Below are positions 51,735 through 64,000 of a stretch of DNA of 64,000 nt, piece by piece. Within the stretch, counting starts at the first letter, position 1. Every line of letters begins with the position of its first letter. The stretch comes from an uncultured delta proteobacterium (GTDB lineage Bacteria > Desulfobacterota > Binatia > UBA9968): contig CAWJZV010000030.1 of the NCBI GenBank assembly GCA_963847445.1, positions 224,001 through 288,000 on the forward strand, read 5' to 3'. The position numbers and the translations under genes are program-made. The notes below the pieces were generated by a model. It searched no databases and was not told where the DNA came from. It worked only from the letters and a program-made list of their open reading frames with translations.

Positions 51735-53327
51735 TTAGACTTTTTTGCGTTGATGCGTCAGATAGTCGACGAGCATGTACTCGCCCAAGCGGTCGGGGCG
51801 GCTGTAGAAGGCGCGGCCTTTGTTGATGCGGGTGAGATCGTCGACGAAGCCGCGCAGCACCGGGCTGTCGTCGAGCATGAAGGTGTTGATGGTGATGCCT
51901 TTGCGGGTGATGCGCTCGGCTTCTTTCAAAGTCTCTTCGGCGGCGCGCTGGCTGATGCCGCCGAAGCTGAGCGGCCATTCGCAGTAAAGCCGTCCGTCGC
52001 GGCAGTAAGCCGTCGGCTGGCCGTCGGTGATGACGATGATCTGCTGGTTGGCGCTCGGTTTGCGGTCGAGCATGGTCGACGCCAGGTGCAAGCCATCCTG
52101 TAAGTTGGTGAACGGATCGCCCATGTTCCAGGTCGCCTGCGGCAAGTCCTTGGCTTTGAGTTCGACGGCGCGGGTAAAGAAACCGACGATGCCGAAGTAA
52201 TCGCGCGGGTACAGCGCGCGCACCAGACTCTCCATCGCCAGGGCGACTTTTTTCGCCGCGGCGAAGCGCCCTTCCCAGCTCATCGACCAACTCATGTCCA
52301 ACAACAGCACGGTGGCGGCGCGGGTATTGAGCTCGGTTTCGTAAACCGAAAAGTCCTTGGGCCCGATCCGCACCGGCACGCCGCCGCCGCGCACCAGCGC
52401 GTTCTTCAAGGTCTGGATCATGTTGATATGCAGCGGATCGCCCTGCACATAGGGTTTGTTGCTTTCGAGAACAACTTCTTGGCTGCCGCGGTTGCGCGTC
52501 GAGTGGCGGCCCATGCCGTCGCGGCGCAATTGTTGATAAATATCGCGCAGCGCCAACTGGCCGATGCGGCGCACGCCCTTGGGCGTCAACTCGAAGCGAT
52601 CGCCGCTCTCGAGCACGTAGCCGCCCTCTTCGAGCAGCGACTGCATGCGCATGATGCCTTCGAAGTCCTGCTTGGGATCGCCGCCGAGAAGTTTTTCCAA
52701 CAACTCCTTGTCGACGTCCTTCAACTGCATGCTCGACAGCTGGGACTCGAGCTTGCGCAGATCCTCCATGCGCTCCATCAGCTCCTGCGACTGCTGGAAA
52801 TCCATCGGCGTTTGGCCGCGAAATAAGCTGCCCTCGCGGCGCAGCCAGTTCTCCAGCTTGCGGATCTGCTCGAGCTGCATCAGCAGCTGCTCGAAGTCTT
52901 TTTCGGCGTTGGAATTTTCGAACCGGTAGGAAGTGAGCTTGTCGACCGCCTCGCTGGTCTTGCCCGGCAAGTCGTTCAAGAACTGTTTCTTTTCCTGCAC
53001 ATCTTGGCCTGACTCGTCCATCTGCTCGAGCGTCTGCTGCTCTTGGTCGACCACCGAATCGAGCTTCTCCTGGACCTCGTCCATGGCCGATTGCAGCTTG
53101 TACTCGTCGTAGAGCTTGCGCATCTCGCGCGCCACTTGCGACAACAGATCTTCGATGCCCTTGGTCTGCTTTTCGCCCTGCTTGAGCCCCTTCTGCATCA
53201 GCCGGCGCATCGCCTGCTGCAGATCGCCGGTGTCGTTCATGTTCTCGTTCAACTGATCGAACACCGACTCCGGGTCCAGCGAGTCTCCGCCGCTGGCGAC
53301 CCAGCGGCTATAGCGGATATGCACCAT
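51735..53327 (-). CDS. VWA domain protein
   Basis: LLLDMSWSM, TNLQ, ITDGQPTA. Confidence 0.88.
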   Translation of the reverse strand: MVHIRYSRWVASGGDSLDPESVFDQLNENMNDTGDLQQAMRRLMQKGLKQGEKQTKGIEDLLSQVAREMRKLYDEYKLQSAMDEVQEKLDSVVDQEQQTLEQMDESGQDVQEKKQFLNDLPGKTSEAVDKLTSYRFENSNAEKDFEQLLMQLEQIRKLENWLRREGSLFRGQTPMDFQQSQELMERMEDLRKLESQLSSMQLKDVDKELLEKLLGGDPKQDFEGIMRMQSLLEEGGYVLESGDRFELTPKGVRRIGQLALRDIYQQLRRDGMGRHSTRNRGSQEVVLESNKPYVQGDPLHINMIQTLKNALVRGGGVPVRIGPKDFSVYETELNTRAATVLLLDMSWSMSWEGRFAAAKKVALAMESLVRALYPRDYFGIVGFFTRAVELKAKDLPQATWNMGDPFTNLQDGLHLASTMLDRKPSANQQIIVITDGQPTAYCRDGRLYCEWPLSFGGISQRAAEETLKEAERITRKGITINTFMLDDSPVLRGFVDDLTRINKGRAFYSRPDRLGEYMLVDYLTHQRKKV

Positions 53328-53371
53328 GGGTTATCTTTCGAGCGCTCGGTTTGGCTGCGATAGTCCTGCGC

Positions 53372-54769
53372 CTACTTGCCGTAGGTCACCCGGCCGCCTT
53401 CCATTTCCTTGTTGAGCTTTTGATGGAGATGCAATCCTTCAAGGACGAACTCGGTGGCCGATGCCATCAGCGCCGGCGATTCTTGGATGCCCAAGGTTTT
53501 GATCGCTTCTTTGAGTCCGGGGATCTCCTTGATGCCTTCGAGATAATCCGGCGAGGCCATCTGGTCGGAGACCTCGACGCCCCAGCCGGAATTGAAATAC
53601 TCGATCACTTTCTGCAACGAGTTGAGACTGAAATGCTGGTCGAAGACTTTGACGATGGAGCGGTTGACCAATTTCTCGACCAACTCGTCTTCCTTCTTCT
53701 CTTCGCCGACATATTCCATCTCGATCTTACCCGCGGTGGACGCCATCAGGGCATGCAGGTCGCTGACCCGCGGCACGATGTCGTTTTCCTTGCAGCGCAG
53801 CGCGCGCTTCTCGGCGTTGCTGATCAGGCTCTCATAGTTATTGATGGTGACGCGCACGCTGACGCCGGATGACTGGTTGATCTCGTTGGACTTGCGCGCT
53901 TCGAAGGTCAGGTTGCCGAGGATCTCCTTCATGAAGTGCGGCACTTCGACCTTGCGGCTGCGGCTGTCGGTCCACACCGCTTCTTGCTCCATGATGCTGA
54001 TTTCGTCTTCGAGCTTTTTCGGATAGTGGGTGCGAATTTGCACGTCGAAGCGGTCTTTGAGCGGCGTAATGATCCGGCCGCGGCTGGTGTAGTCTTCCGG
54101 GTTGGCGCTGGCGACGATGATGACGTCGAGGGGCAGGCGAATCTTGTAGCCTTTGATCTGGACGTCTTTCTCTTCCATCAAGTTGAACAGACCGACTTGA
54201 ACTTTCTCGGTCAAATCCGGCAGCTCGTTGATGGCGAAGATACCGCGGTTGGTGCGCGGCACCAGGCCGTAGTGGATGGTTTCCTCATCGGCGAGATAAC
54301 GGCCTTCGGCGACTTTGATCGGATCGATCTCGCCGACCAGATCGGCGATCGAGACATCCGGCGTGGCGAGCTTTTCACCGTAGCGCTGGTCGCGGTCGAT
54401 CCAGCGAAGCGGCAGGGCATCGCCCAACTCCGCCGCCTTTTTGCGGCAGCCGCTGCAGATCGGCGCCATCGGACTGTCGTTGATTTCACAACCATCGACG
54501 ATCGGTATGCGCTCATCGAGCAGACTCAGCAGGCCGCGGATGATGCGCGATTTGCCCTGGCCGCGTTCGCCCAAAAACACCATGTGATGGCCGGACAAAA
54601 TCGCGTTTTCGATTTCCGGGATGACCGTATCCTCGTAACCGACGATTCCCGGCAGGATGCGCTCGCCGCTTTCCAGGTGGCGCACTAAGTTTTTGCGCAT
54701 CTCGTCGCGCACAGACAACACCGCAACCCCGCTTTTTTTCAGTTCCCCTAATGTTTTTGCCTCACTCAC
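53372..54769 (-). CDS. AAA+ ATPase (Mg-chelatase/MoxR-like), partner of the VWA gene
   Basis: GERGQGKS, INELPDL, ANPEDYT.RGRIITPLKDRF. Confidence 0.9.
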   Translation of the reverse strand: MSEAKTLGELKKSGVAVLSVRDEMRKNLVRHLESGERILPGIVGYEDTVIPEIENAILSGHHMVFLGERGQGKSRIIRGLLSLLDERIPIVDGCEINDSPMAPICSGCRKKAAELGDALPLRWIDRDQRYGEKLATPDVSIADLVGEIDPIKVAEGRYLADEETIHYGLVPRTNRGIFAINELPDLTEKVQVGLFNLMEEKDVQIKGYKIRLPLDVIIVASANPEDYTSRGRIITPLKDRFDVQIRTHYPKKLEDEISIMEQEAVWTDSRSRKVEVPHFMKEILGNLTFEARKSNEINQSSGVSVRVTINNYESLISNAEKRALRCKENDIVPRVSDLHALMASTAGKIEMEYVGEEKKEDELVEKLVNRSIVKVFDQHFSLNSLQKVIEYFNSGWGVEVSDQMASPDYLEGIKEIPGLKEAIKTLGIQESPALMASATEFVLEGLHLHQKLNKEMEGGRVTYGK

Positions 54770-54857
54770 TTGACTTGGCCTCCCCTCGGAAGAGTTGTTG
54801 TTGACGGTTCCTCTTTGCTGCTTGGCAATGCCAAGCTACCACGTCGCTCTGACACAC

Positions 54858-55352
54858 TTAAACCCTAAGATTGTGAAAATGCGGCTGCAGCCGGTCGTAA
54901 CTGTCGGCCAAGTGCTGCGGCATCACCCGAGTTTCGCCGATGACCGGCATGAAATTAGTATCGCCTTCCCAGCGCGGCACGATATGCCAGTGCAGATGGT
55001 CTTCGATACCCGCGCCGGCGCACTTGCCAAGATTCATCCCGACATTGACGCCGCCGGGGCTTAATACTGTTTTGACGATCTCGACGGCGCGGCGCAAAAC
55101 CTCGCTCAGATCGCTATATTCTTCCGGCGCTAAACTGGCCAGGCTATTCTCATGATGCTTGGGTGCGATCAGCAGATGGCCGTTGTTGTAGGGATACTTG
55201 TTCATCATAACGACCGCGTGGCGGCTATGCGTCAGCACCAAAGCCGCTTTCAAGTCTTCCTGCCGATACATGGTGCAAAAAATGCAGCCCGGCTCCTTGG
55301 CGCCGTCATCGATATAAGCCATGCGCCAGGGCGCCCAGAGCTGTTGCATCAA
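54858..55352 (-). CDS. HIT family Ap4A phosphorylase-like protein
   Basis: LWAPWR..YI, CIFC, NKYPYNNGH, HLHWHIVPRW. Confidence 0.92.
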   Translation of the reverse strand: MMQQLWAPWRMAYIDDGAKEPGCIFCTMYRQEDLKAALVLTHSRHAVVMMNKYPYNNGHLLIAPKHHENSLASLAPEEYSDLSEVLRRAVEIVKTVLSPGGVNVGMNLGKCAGAGIEDHLHWHIVPRWEGDTNFMPVIGETRVMPQHLADSYDRLQPHFHNLRV

Positions 55353-55660
55353 TCTTCTCCGTCGATCTCTGGATCATAAGGTTTGCCGTCGACCCGTAAA
55401 CGCAATTCTTTGCCGACTTTAAAAAACGGCACGCGCTTGGCGGCCACCGATACCAAGGCGCCGCTCTTGGGATTGCGCCCCTGGCGGGCGCGGCGGTTTT
55501 TGACGACGAAACTACCGAAGCCACGGATTTCGATGCGGTCGCCGCCCGCTAAGGCGTCGACCATGGAATCGAAGATGGCATTGATAATAACCTCCGAATC
55601 CCGCCGTGAGAGATGAGGGAAACGCTTATTCACCTCATCGATCAAGTCTCTTTTGGTCAT
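55349..55660 (-). CDS. ihfB: Integration host factor beta
   Basis: RIEIRGFGSF, GRNPKSG, FK.GKELR; downstream of rpsA. Confidence 0.9.
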   Translation of the reverse strand: MTKRDLIDEVNKRFPHLSRRDSEVIINAIFDSMVDALAGGDRIEIRGFGSFVVKNRRARQGRNPKSGALVSVAAKRVPFFKVGKELRLRVDGKPYDPEIDGED

Positions 55661-55717
55661 AACATCACCCTCACAACAGCTTTTTTATTTTTTTAAGATC
55701 GGTGCCGGCAACCGCGC

Positions 55718-56626
55718 TCACTGCAACATCGACAGCGACCATTCATAACGCAGCCAACCGCGCTCGGAGGCAGGCAAGCGCACGCCGAAGATTCCCATGG
55801 ATAGCCGGTCCCACCAGCGTTCCCGTTCCGGGCGGGAATAGTAAACCGCCGGCTCGCCGTCCAGGCCGGCCTGCTTTGCGGCTAGTTCGATGGCATCCTC
55901 CAGGGTGCCGAATTGATCGACCAAACCGAGTTCCTTCGCTTGCGCGCCGGAATAGATCCGGCCATCGGCGAGCTTGCGAACGCGGGCTTCGTCCATGCCG
56001 CGCCCGTTGGCGACCGCGGTGACGAATTGACTATGCACGTTGTCGACCAGCGCTTGCAGGATCTCGCGCCCTTCTTGTGACAAAGGTTGAAACGGCGAAC
56101 CGATGTCTTTATTGGCGCCGCTTTTGATATTGACTCCCTTGACGCCGATTTTTTTCATCAGCTCTTCGAAGTTGCTGAGCTGCATGATGACGCCGATGGA
56201 ACCGGTCATGGTGCCTGGATTGGCCAAGATCTTATCGCAGGCGCTGGCGATGTAATAACCGCCGGACGCCGCGACGTTGCCCATGGATGCGATACAGGGC
56301 TTTTTCTTTTTGGTTCTTTGAATTTCCTCGAAGATCTCCTGGGTCGGCGCCACCGCGCCGCCCGGACTGTCGATGCGCACCACCACCGCTTTGATCCACG
56401 GCGTCTGGCGAAAGCGCCGGAGCTCGGCGAGCACGGAGCGCGAATCGTCGATCGCCCCTTCGACTTGCAGTACCCCGACACCGTCGCCGGAAAATAGCGA
56501 CAAAACCTTGGAATCGCCGCCGCTCAGGTAGGCGTAGAAAAACGTCCCACAAAACACCACCAATATGAATACGAACAAAATCCCCAGTCCGCGCAGGATC
56601 GAGTGCTTGGTCGTCAGTGTTGCCAT
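55718..56626 (-). CDS. sppA: Signal peptide peptidase SppA
   Basis: RIDSPGG, AASGGYYIA, TGSIGVI. Confidence 0.93.
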   Translation of the reverse strand: MATLTTKHSILRGLGILFVFILVVFCGTFFYAYLSGGDSKVLSLFSGDGVGVLQVEGAIDDSRSVLAELRRFRQTPWIKAVVVRIDSPGGAVAPTQEIFEEIQRTKKKKPCIASMGNVAASGGYYIASACDKILANPGTMTGSIGVIMQLSNFEELMKKIGVKGVNIKSGANKDIGSPFQPLSQEGREILQALVDNVHSQFVTAVANGRGMDEARVRKLADGRIYSGAQAKELGLVDQFGTLEDAIELAAKQAGLDGEPAVYYSRPERERWWDRLSMGIFGVRLPASERGWLRYEWSLSMLQ

Positions 56627-56646
56627 GACTGCGTCCGCGGCCACGC

Positions 56647-58393
56647 TTAGTTGCGGCCCTTGCGCCCGCGCGCGCTGTCATCGTCGCGGTCCAACCGCAG
56701 TTCATCGCCCAACAGCGATTCGAAGGAAAACCGGCCGCCCTCTTTTTCGCGCTTGAGATAATTCTCCATCTCCTGGCGCTCTTCGGAGCGGCGCAGGGCA
56801 CGCACGCTGAGACCGATCTTGCGGTCGTTGAGATCGATGCTGACGACTTCGGCTTCGACCTCGTCGCCGACTTTGTACAAGCTCGACGGCTTATCGACCC
56901 GCTCGGTGCTCAGTTGCGAGACATGAATCAACCCTTCGACGCCCTCGTCGATGCGGACAAACACGCCGAAGTCCGGCACGCTGGTCACCTGGCCTTTGAG
57001 CTTGGAGCCGACCGGGATATTTGTCGGCCACGGCTTTCCAGGGATCCGGAGCGATCTGCTTGATGCCGAGCGAGAATCGTTCGTTTTCGACATTGACACC
57101 CAACACCTTGGCCTCGACGATGTCGCCCTTCTTATAGAGTTCGGATGGATGCTTGACCTTCTTGGTCCAGTGCAGATCAGAGATATGGACCAAACCGTCG
57201 ATGCCTTCCTCGATGCCGACAAAGATACCGAAATCGGTGATGTTGCGCACCGGGCCGCTGACCACGGTGCCGACCGGGTATTTATCCCTCGCCGCTTCCC
57301 AGGGATTGGCCATCACTTGCTTCAAGCCCAGGGAGATCCGCCGGTGGCCGGGATCGACATTGAGGACCACGACTTCGACTTGCTGATTGACCTGCAGGAG
57401 CTTCGACGGATGGGTGACTTTGCGCGTCCAGGACATCTCGGAGATATGAATCAATCCTTCGATGCCGCTTTCTAATTCGACGAAGGCGCCGTAGTCCATG
57501 ATGCTGATGACTTTACCTTGCACCCTGGTGCCGATGCGGTATTTCTCCGCCACGGTTTGCCAGGGGTCGGGGGTGAGCTGCTTCATGCCGAGGGAGATAC
57601 GCTCCTTTTCGGTATCGAACTTGAGCACCACCACCTTGACGGTTTCGCCCACCTGAACGATCTCCGAAGGATGGCTGATCCGTCCCCAGGACATATCGCT
57701 GATATGCAGGATGCCGTCGATGCCGCCGAGATCGACGAAGGCGCCGTAGCCGGTGATGTTCTTGATGATACCCTCAAGGATCACGCCCTCCTCGAGAACT
57801 TTGAGGATCTCCTGCTTGAGCTCGCCACGTTCCTTCTCCAAGAGCTCGCGCCGCGACAACACGACGTTGCCGCGCATGCGGTTGAATTTCAAAATCGCGA
57901 AGCGGTCCCGGGTGCCGATGAAGCGGTCGAGATTGCGATTGGGCCGAATGTCGACATGGGATCCCGGTAGGAATGCCGCGATGCCGATATCGACCTTGAA
58001 GCCGCCCTTGACCTTGCCGACGATCAAACCTTCGACGCCTTGGCCTTCATTGAATGCCTTTTCGATTTCATCCCAGACTTTGAGATTCTCGGCGCGCAAG
58101 CGCGACAGTTGAATGCCGCCGCTCTCGTTCTCCGAGGAGTCGAAATAGACATCGACATCGTCGCCGACCTTGGCGCTGACGTTGCCTTGGCGGTCGGTGA
58201 ACTCGTGGATCGGAATTTGCCCCTCGGACTTGTAACCGACATCGATCAAAACATGAGTCGCCGTAATGCCCACCACCCGTCCTTTGACGATACCGCCGGG
58301 CTTGACCGTGCGCAGGCTCTCTTCAAACATCGCTTCGAATTCACTGGCGCCGCCTGCCGCTGCGCCTGGTTTTTGTTGTTCCTGTTCAGCCAT
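56647..58393 (-). CDS. rpsA: 30S ribosomal protein S1 (one frameshift near 57015)
   Basis: Six S1 repeats; DVGYKSEG, GAFVDLGGIDG. Confidence 0.96.
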
Positions 58394-58414
58394 GAAAACT
58401 AACTCCGATCTATA

Positions 58415-60419
<2,005 letters not shown>

Positions 60420-60429
60420 GATTTCGTCG

Positions 60430-61307
60430 TTAGGGAATTTGCGCGCGGGTATCGTAGGCGCGGGCAAATTCCTTCTCCAGCAAGCCGCCTTTTTCGATCG
60501 CGAATCCAACGGTTCAGTTGTTCCAGGTAATTGATGTAATCGGTTAACGATCGGCCCAAGGGCCTTACGGTTCATCAAACAGATATCCCGCCATAGTTCC
60601 GGCCGGCTCGACGCGATGCGGGTGAAATCCTTGAAACCACCGGCGCAGTAGGTTTTTAGATCGACGCCTTTTAAATTTGTCCGGTTGAGCGCGTTCACCA
60701 GGGCGTAGACTAACACATGAGGCAGATGGCTGATCACGCCCAACACCCGGTCGTGAGTATCGGGATGCATGATCTCAACATCGGCGCCCACCTGGCGCCA
60801 CAGCTCGGCGATTTTTTTCAAGGCTTTTTTATCGGTCTTCTTGGTCGGCGTCAGCACGCAGCGATGGCGCACAAACAGATTCTCCCGCGCTGCCTCGGCA
60901 CCCCACTGCTCGCTGCCGGCGATCGGATGGCCGGCGACAAACGAAATATGCTTCGGCAGGATCTTCTCCATGCCGCGGACGATCTCGCCTTTGACGCTGC
61001 CGACATCGCTGACGATACAGCCCTTCTCCAGCCTGGGCAGAAACGTTTGGGTCAGCGGCACGATGGTCTCCACCGGTGTGCCGATCATGAGAAAATCGAC
61101 GCCGGCTGGGAAATCGGCTGGGCGGACAAAATAACTGTCGATAAGCCCCTTCTTCTTGGCAATCTTCAAATTGCTTTCGCTGCGGCCGTAACCGATTATT
61201 TCCTTGACTAATTTGCGCCGGCGCATGTCGAGGGCCAAAGAGCCACAGATCAGCCCAACCCCCGCCAACACCAATTTTTCGAACTTTACGGCCACGATCT
61301 TGATCAC
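60430..61307 (-). CDS. tyrA: Prephenate dehydrogenase
   Basis: GVGLICGS, DVGSVK, GHPIAGSE, ISHLPH, DFTRIA. Confidence 0.92.
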
Positions 61308-61315
61308 TCCCGCTG

Positions 61316-62414
61316 CTAAAAACTCTTGATGACCTTTTGCAATGCCTCGATAAATTTTCGATTCTCATCCATGGTGCCGACGGTCACGCGGATATGTTCG
61401 GGAAACTGGTAACCGCCCATGGGTCGGACGATCACGCCTTGGGCGAGCAACTGCTTATACACTTCCTGGCCTTTACCGACGCGCACCAAGATGAAATTGC
61501 CATGGCTCGGCACAAACTGCAGACCGAGCCGGTTAAATTCCGCGCCGAGGAACTCCAGCCCCTCCCGGTTCAGCGCCAGGCTGCGCCGCACATGATCGCC
61601 ATCGTCCAATGCCGCCAAGGCCGCCCATTGGGCCGGCGCGTTAACGTTGAAGGGTTGGCGCACCCGCTGCATCATTGAAATAATTTGCCGCGGCCCGACA
61701 CCATAGCCGACGCGCAAGCCAGCCAAGCCGTAGAGCTTGGAAAAGGTCCGCAGCGTCAGCATGGGCCGGTCTTCGCGATGGTACTTGAGCGAGTCCGGGT
61801 AGCCGGCGTCCTGGACGTATTCAAAATAAGCCTCGTCGACGATCAGCAGCAAGTCCTTGGGCAGCTGGGCGAGAAACGCTTCCCACTCGGCGCGCCGATA
61901 GATCGTCCCGGTGGGGTTATTCGGGATTGGCGAGAAAAACGATTTTGGTCGCGGCGGTCACCGCGGCGGCGATGGCGCTGAGATCATGGGTGAAGTCGCG
62001 CAGCGCCACTTGCACGCTCTTGCCGCCCACCGCTTGAACGATCAGCTGGTAGACCACGAACGCCTGGCGCGCCATCACCGCCTGATCCCCCGGTCGCATG
62101 AAGGCGCGCACCGCCAACTCGATGATCTCGTTGGAACCGTTGCCAAAGATCAACTCGTCTGGCGCCACGCCAAGCTTTTTCGCCAAGCCGTTTTTTAGAT
62201 AGAAGCAATCGCCGTCAGGATAGAGATGGAGTTCATCAAGTTTGGCGCGAATCGCTGCCAGCGCTTTGGGCGACGGCCCCAATGGATTTTCATTCGACGC
62301 AAGCTTGGTGGAGTTCGCGATGCCATACTCCCGTTCCACCTCTTCGATCGGTTTGCCCGGCTCGTAGGGGATCAAGCTGCGAATATACTCGGGTAGTTGC
62401 TCGACGATCTTCAT
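61316..62414 (-). CDS. hisC: Histidinol-phosphate aminotransferase (frameshift)
   Basis: KLASNENP, GNGSNE, DEAY, RTFSK.YGLAGLRVG. Confidence 0.94.
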
Positions 62415-63487
62415 CGGCCACTCGCGTAGGAACCCATGACTTTTAGAAAAACACAATTTTTTTCCAGCTCGGCGATGGCCTTTTTCACCGCAGCCTGTTG
62501 CCGGTGACCCATGAGATCCAAGAAGAACAGGTACTCCCAGGGTTTGTTCTTGATCGGCCGGGACTCGATCTTGGACAAATTGATCCGGCTCTTGGCGAAG
62601 GGCTGAAGCATTTGGAACAGCACGCCTGGCTTGTCTTTGGCGGAAAATACCAGCGAAGTCTTGTCGTCACCGCAGGGCTGGGTCAGCAGCTTACCGATGA
62701 CCAAAAAGCGTGTGATGTTGTTGCTGCGGTCTTCGATATTACTGGCCACCGCCGCCAGGCTATAAACCTCTTTGGCCAAGGCGCTGGAGATGGCGGCGAT
62801 GCTGCCGTCATTGGCGGCTGCTATCGCTCCATGGGCGGTGCTCGCCACTTCTTCCACGGTAATTTTGGGGAAATGCGCCGTCAGCCAGCCGCGGCACTGC
62901 GCCAGCGCCTGGGGATGGGACAGGATCCGTTTGACGTCCTTGGCGTTGCCACTCTTGGACAATAGATGGTGATGAATATCCAGATAAACTTCGGCGCAAA
63001 TTTGCAGGTCCGATTCGACCAAACAATCGAGGGTATGCGCGACCACGCCTTCAGTCGAGTTCTCGATCGGTACCACGCCCAATGACGAGCGCCCTTGGCT
63101 GACCTCTTGAAAGACCTCGGCGATACTCGCCGTCGAGCGCAGCTCGGCTGACGAACCGAATTTTTCTTTCGCCGCCAGATGGCTATAGGTCGCCTCGGCA
63201 CCGAAGTAGGCGACCCGCAGCGGCGCTTCAAGCGACCGGCAGCCCGAAATGATTTCACGAAATACCGAACGGATGGCGTCAGCGGCAAGTGGGCCGCGAG
63301 TCGATGCGGAGACGCGTTGCAGAATCTCCTTCTCGCGGTTGGGAACGTAAACCTCTTGACTGGAAAGGCTCTTGCTGTGTCCGATACGTTGTGCCAGCGC
63401 GGCCCGAGCGTTTAGAAGGTTAACGATTTTTTCATCAATCTGATCGATTTTTTTTCTTAGAACATCGACCGACTCGTTTCGACTCAA
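62411..63487 (-). CDS. pheA: Chorismate mutase/prephenate dehydratase
   Basis: LR..ID..D, PIENSTEG, SHPQALAQC, N.TRF, IESRP. Confidence 0.95.
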   Translation of the reverse strand: MSRNESVDVLRKKIDQIDEKIVNLLNARAALAQRIGHSKSLSSQEVYVPNREKEILQRVSASTRGPLAADAIRSVFREIISGCRSLEAPLRVAYFGAEATYSHLAAKEKFGSSAELRSTASIAEVFQEVSQGRSSLGVVPIENSTEGVVAHTLDCLVESDLQICAEVYLDIHHHLLSKSGNAKDVKRILSHPQALAQCRGWLTAHFPKITVEEVASTAHGAIAAANDGSIAAISSALAKEVYSLAAVASNIEDRSNNITRFLVIGKLLTQPCGDDKTSLVFSAKDKPGVLFQMLQPFAKSRINLSKIESRPIKNKPWEYLFFLDLMGHRQQAAVKKAIAELEKNCVFLKVMGSYASGR

Positions 63488-63631
63488 TGACGACCTCACC
63501 CGGCGCAAACCAACAAGGATAGGCTCCTTGGCGCCGTGCGACGTAAGCTATCTTAATAATTAGAGAATTGCAAATATTGCTGGGGCGCAAGCTTGACTCC
63601 GCGGGAGTTCTACCGTTTACTCTGCGGTGCC

Positions 63632-64000
63632 ATGCGGGAAATTGTCCTGGGGAGTAACGAAAGCGGCAAGAAACTAGAGAACTACCTCAAGAAAGAATTC
63701 CCAATAGGTTATGTCCGCAAGCTGTTTCGCAAGCACGGCATTCGCTTGAACGGCCAGCGCGCCAAACCGGCAGATGCACTCCGCGCCGGCGACAAGATCC
63801 AACTCTACATTCCCTTCGACAAGCAAGGGTCGCGTACCCCACCGAGGGTGGTGGCGCCGAAGCTCGACATCGTTTTTGAGGACAGCAACTTGCTGGTCGT
63901 CGACAAACCGGCTGGCTTGGCCGTGCACGAAGGCAAGACGGTCAGCAAGCGCGACTCGGTGCTGGGGATATTGCAGCGGCAATACCGCGAAAGCCAGGCC
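63632..64000 (+). CDS. RluA-family pseudouridine synthase (partial)
   Basis: My translation: S4-like N-terminus, then IVFED..LLVVDKPAGLAVH. Confidence 0.85.
   Translation, partial: MREIVLGSNESGKKLENYLKKEFPIGYVRKLFRKHGIRLNGQRAKPADALRAGDKIQLYIPFDKQGSRTPPRVVAPKLDIVFEDSNLLVVDKPAGLAVHEGKTVSKRDSVLGILQRQYRESQA

Overview
GC-rich bacterial chromosome segment. The NMT1/SsuA-type binding proteins and gene style suggest a Deltaproteobacteria-like or Binatota lineage (inference). Single-base indels are frequent even in rpsA, cmk and aroA, so this is probably an error-prone long-read assembly and frameshifts are weak evidence of pseudogenes. The right end (51.7-64 kb) is housekeeping: pheA-hisC-tyrA-aroA-cmk-rpsA-sppA-ihfB-HIT, an AAA/VWA pair and an RluA-family gene. 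The remaining ~51 kb is an SOS mutagenesis operon pulled apart on the minus strand: lexA (51551) ... imuA-imuB (30094-27965) ... dnaE2 (starts at 403, absent from the ORF track). Between lexA and imuA lies a ~20 kb integron cassette array with about 25 attC sites, many toxin-antitoxin cassettes and no integrase in the window. Between imuB and dnaE2 lie a smaller eroded array and ~20 kb of mostly co-oriented accessory genes. Directly after both lexA and imuB is a four-helix-bundle (23S rRNA IVS-protein family) gene bracketed by inverted arrays of a 9-bp GTTCAAnnn repeat. The same repeat also occurs as a gene-less hairpin before lexA and as an in-frame insert within imuB. That repeat/gene unit and the SOS-operon-embedded arrays are the best candidates for an undescribed system.
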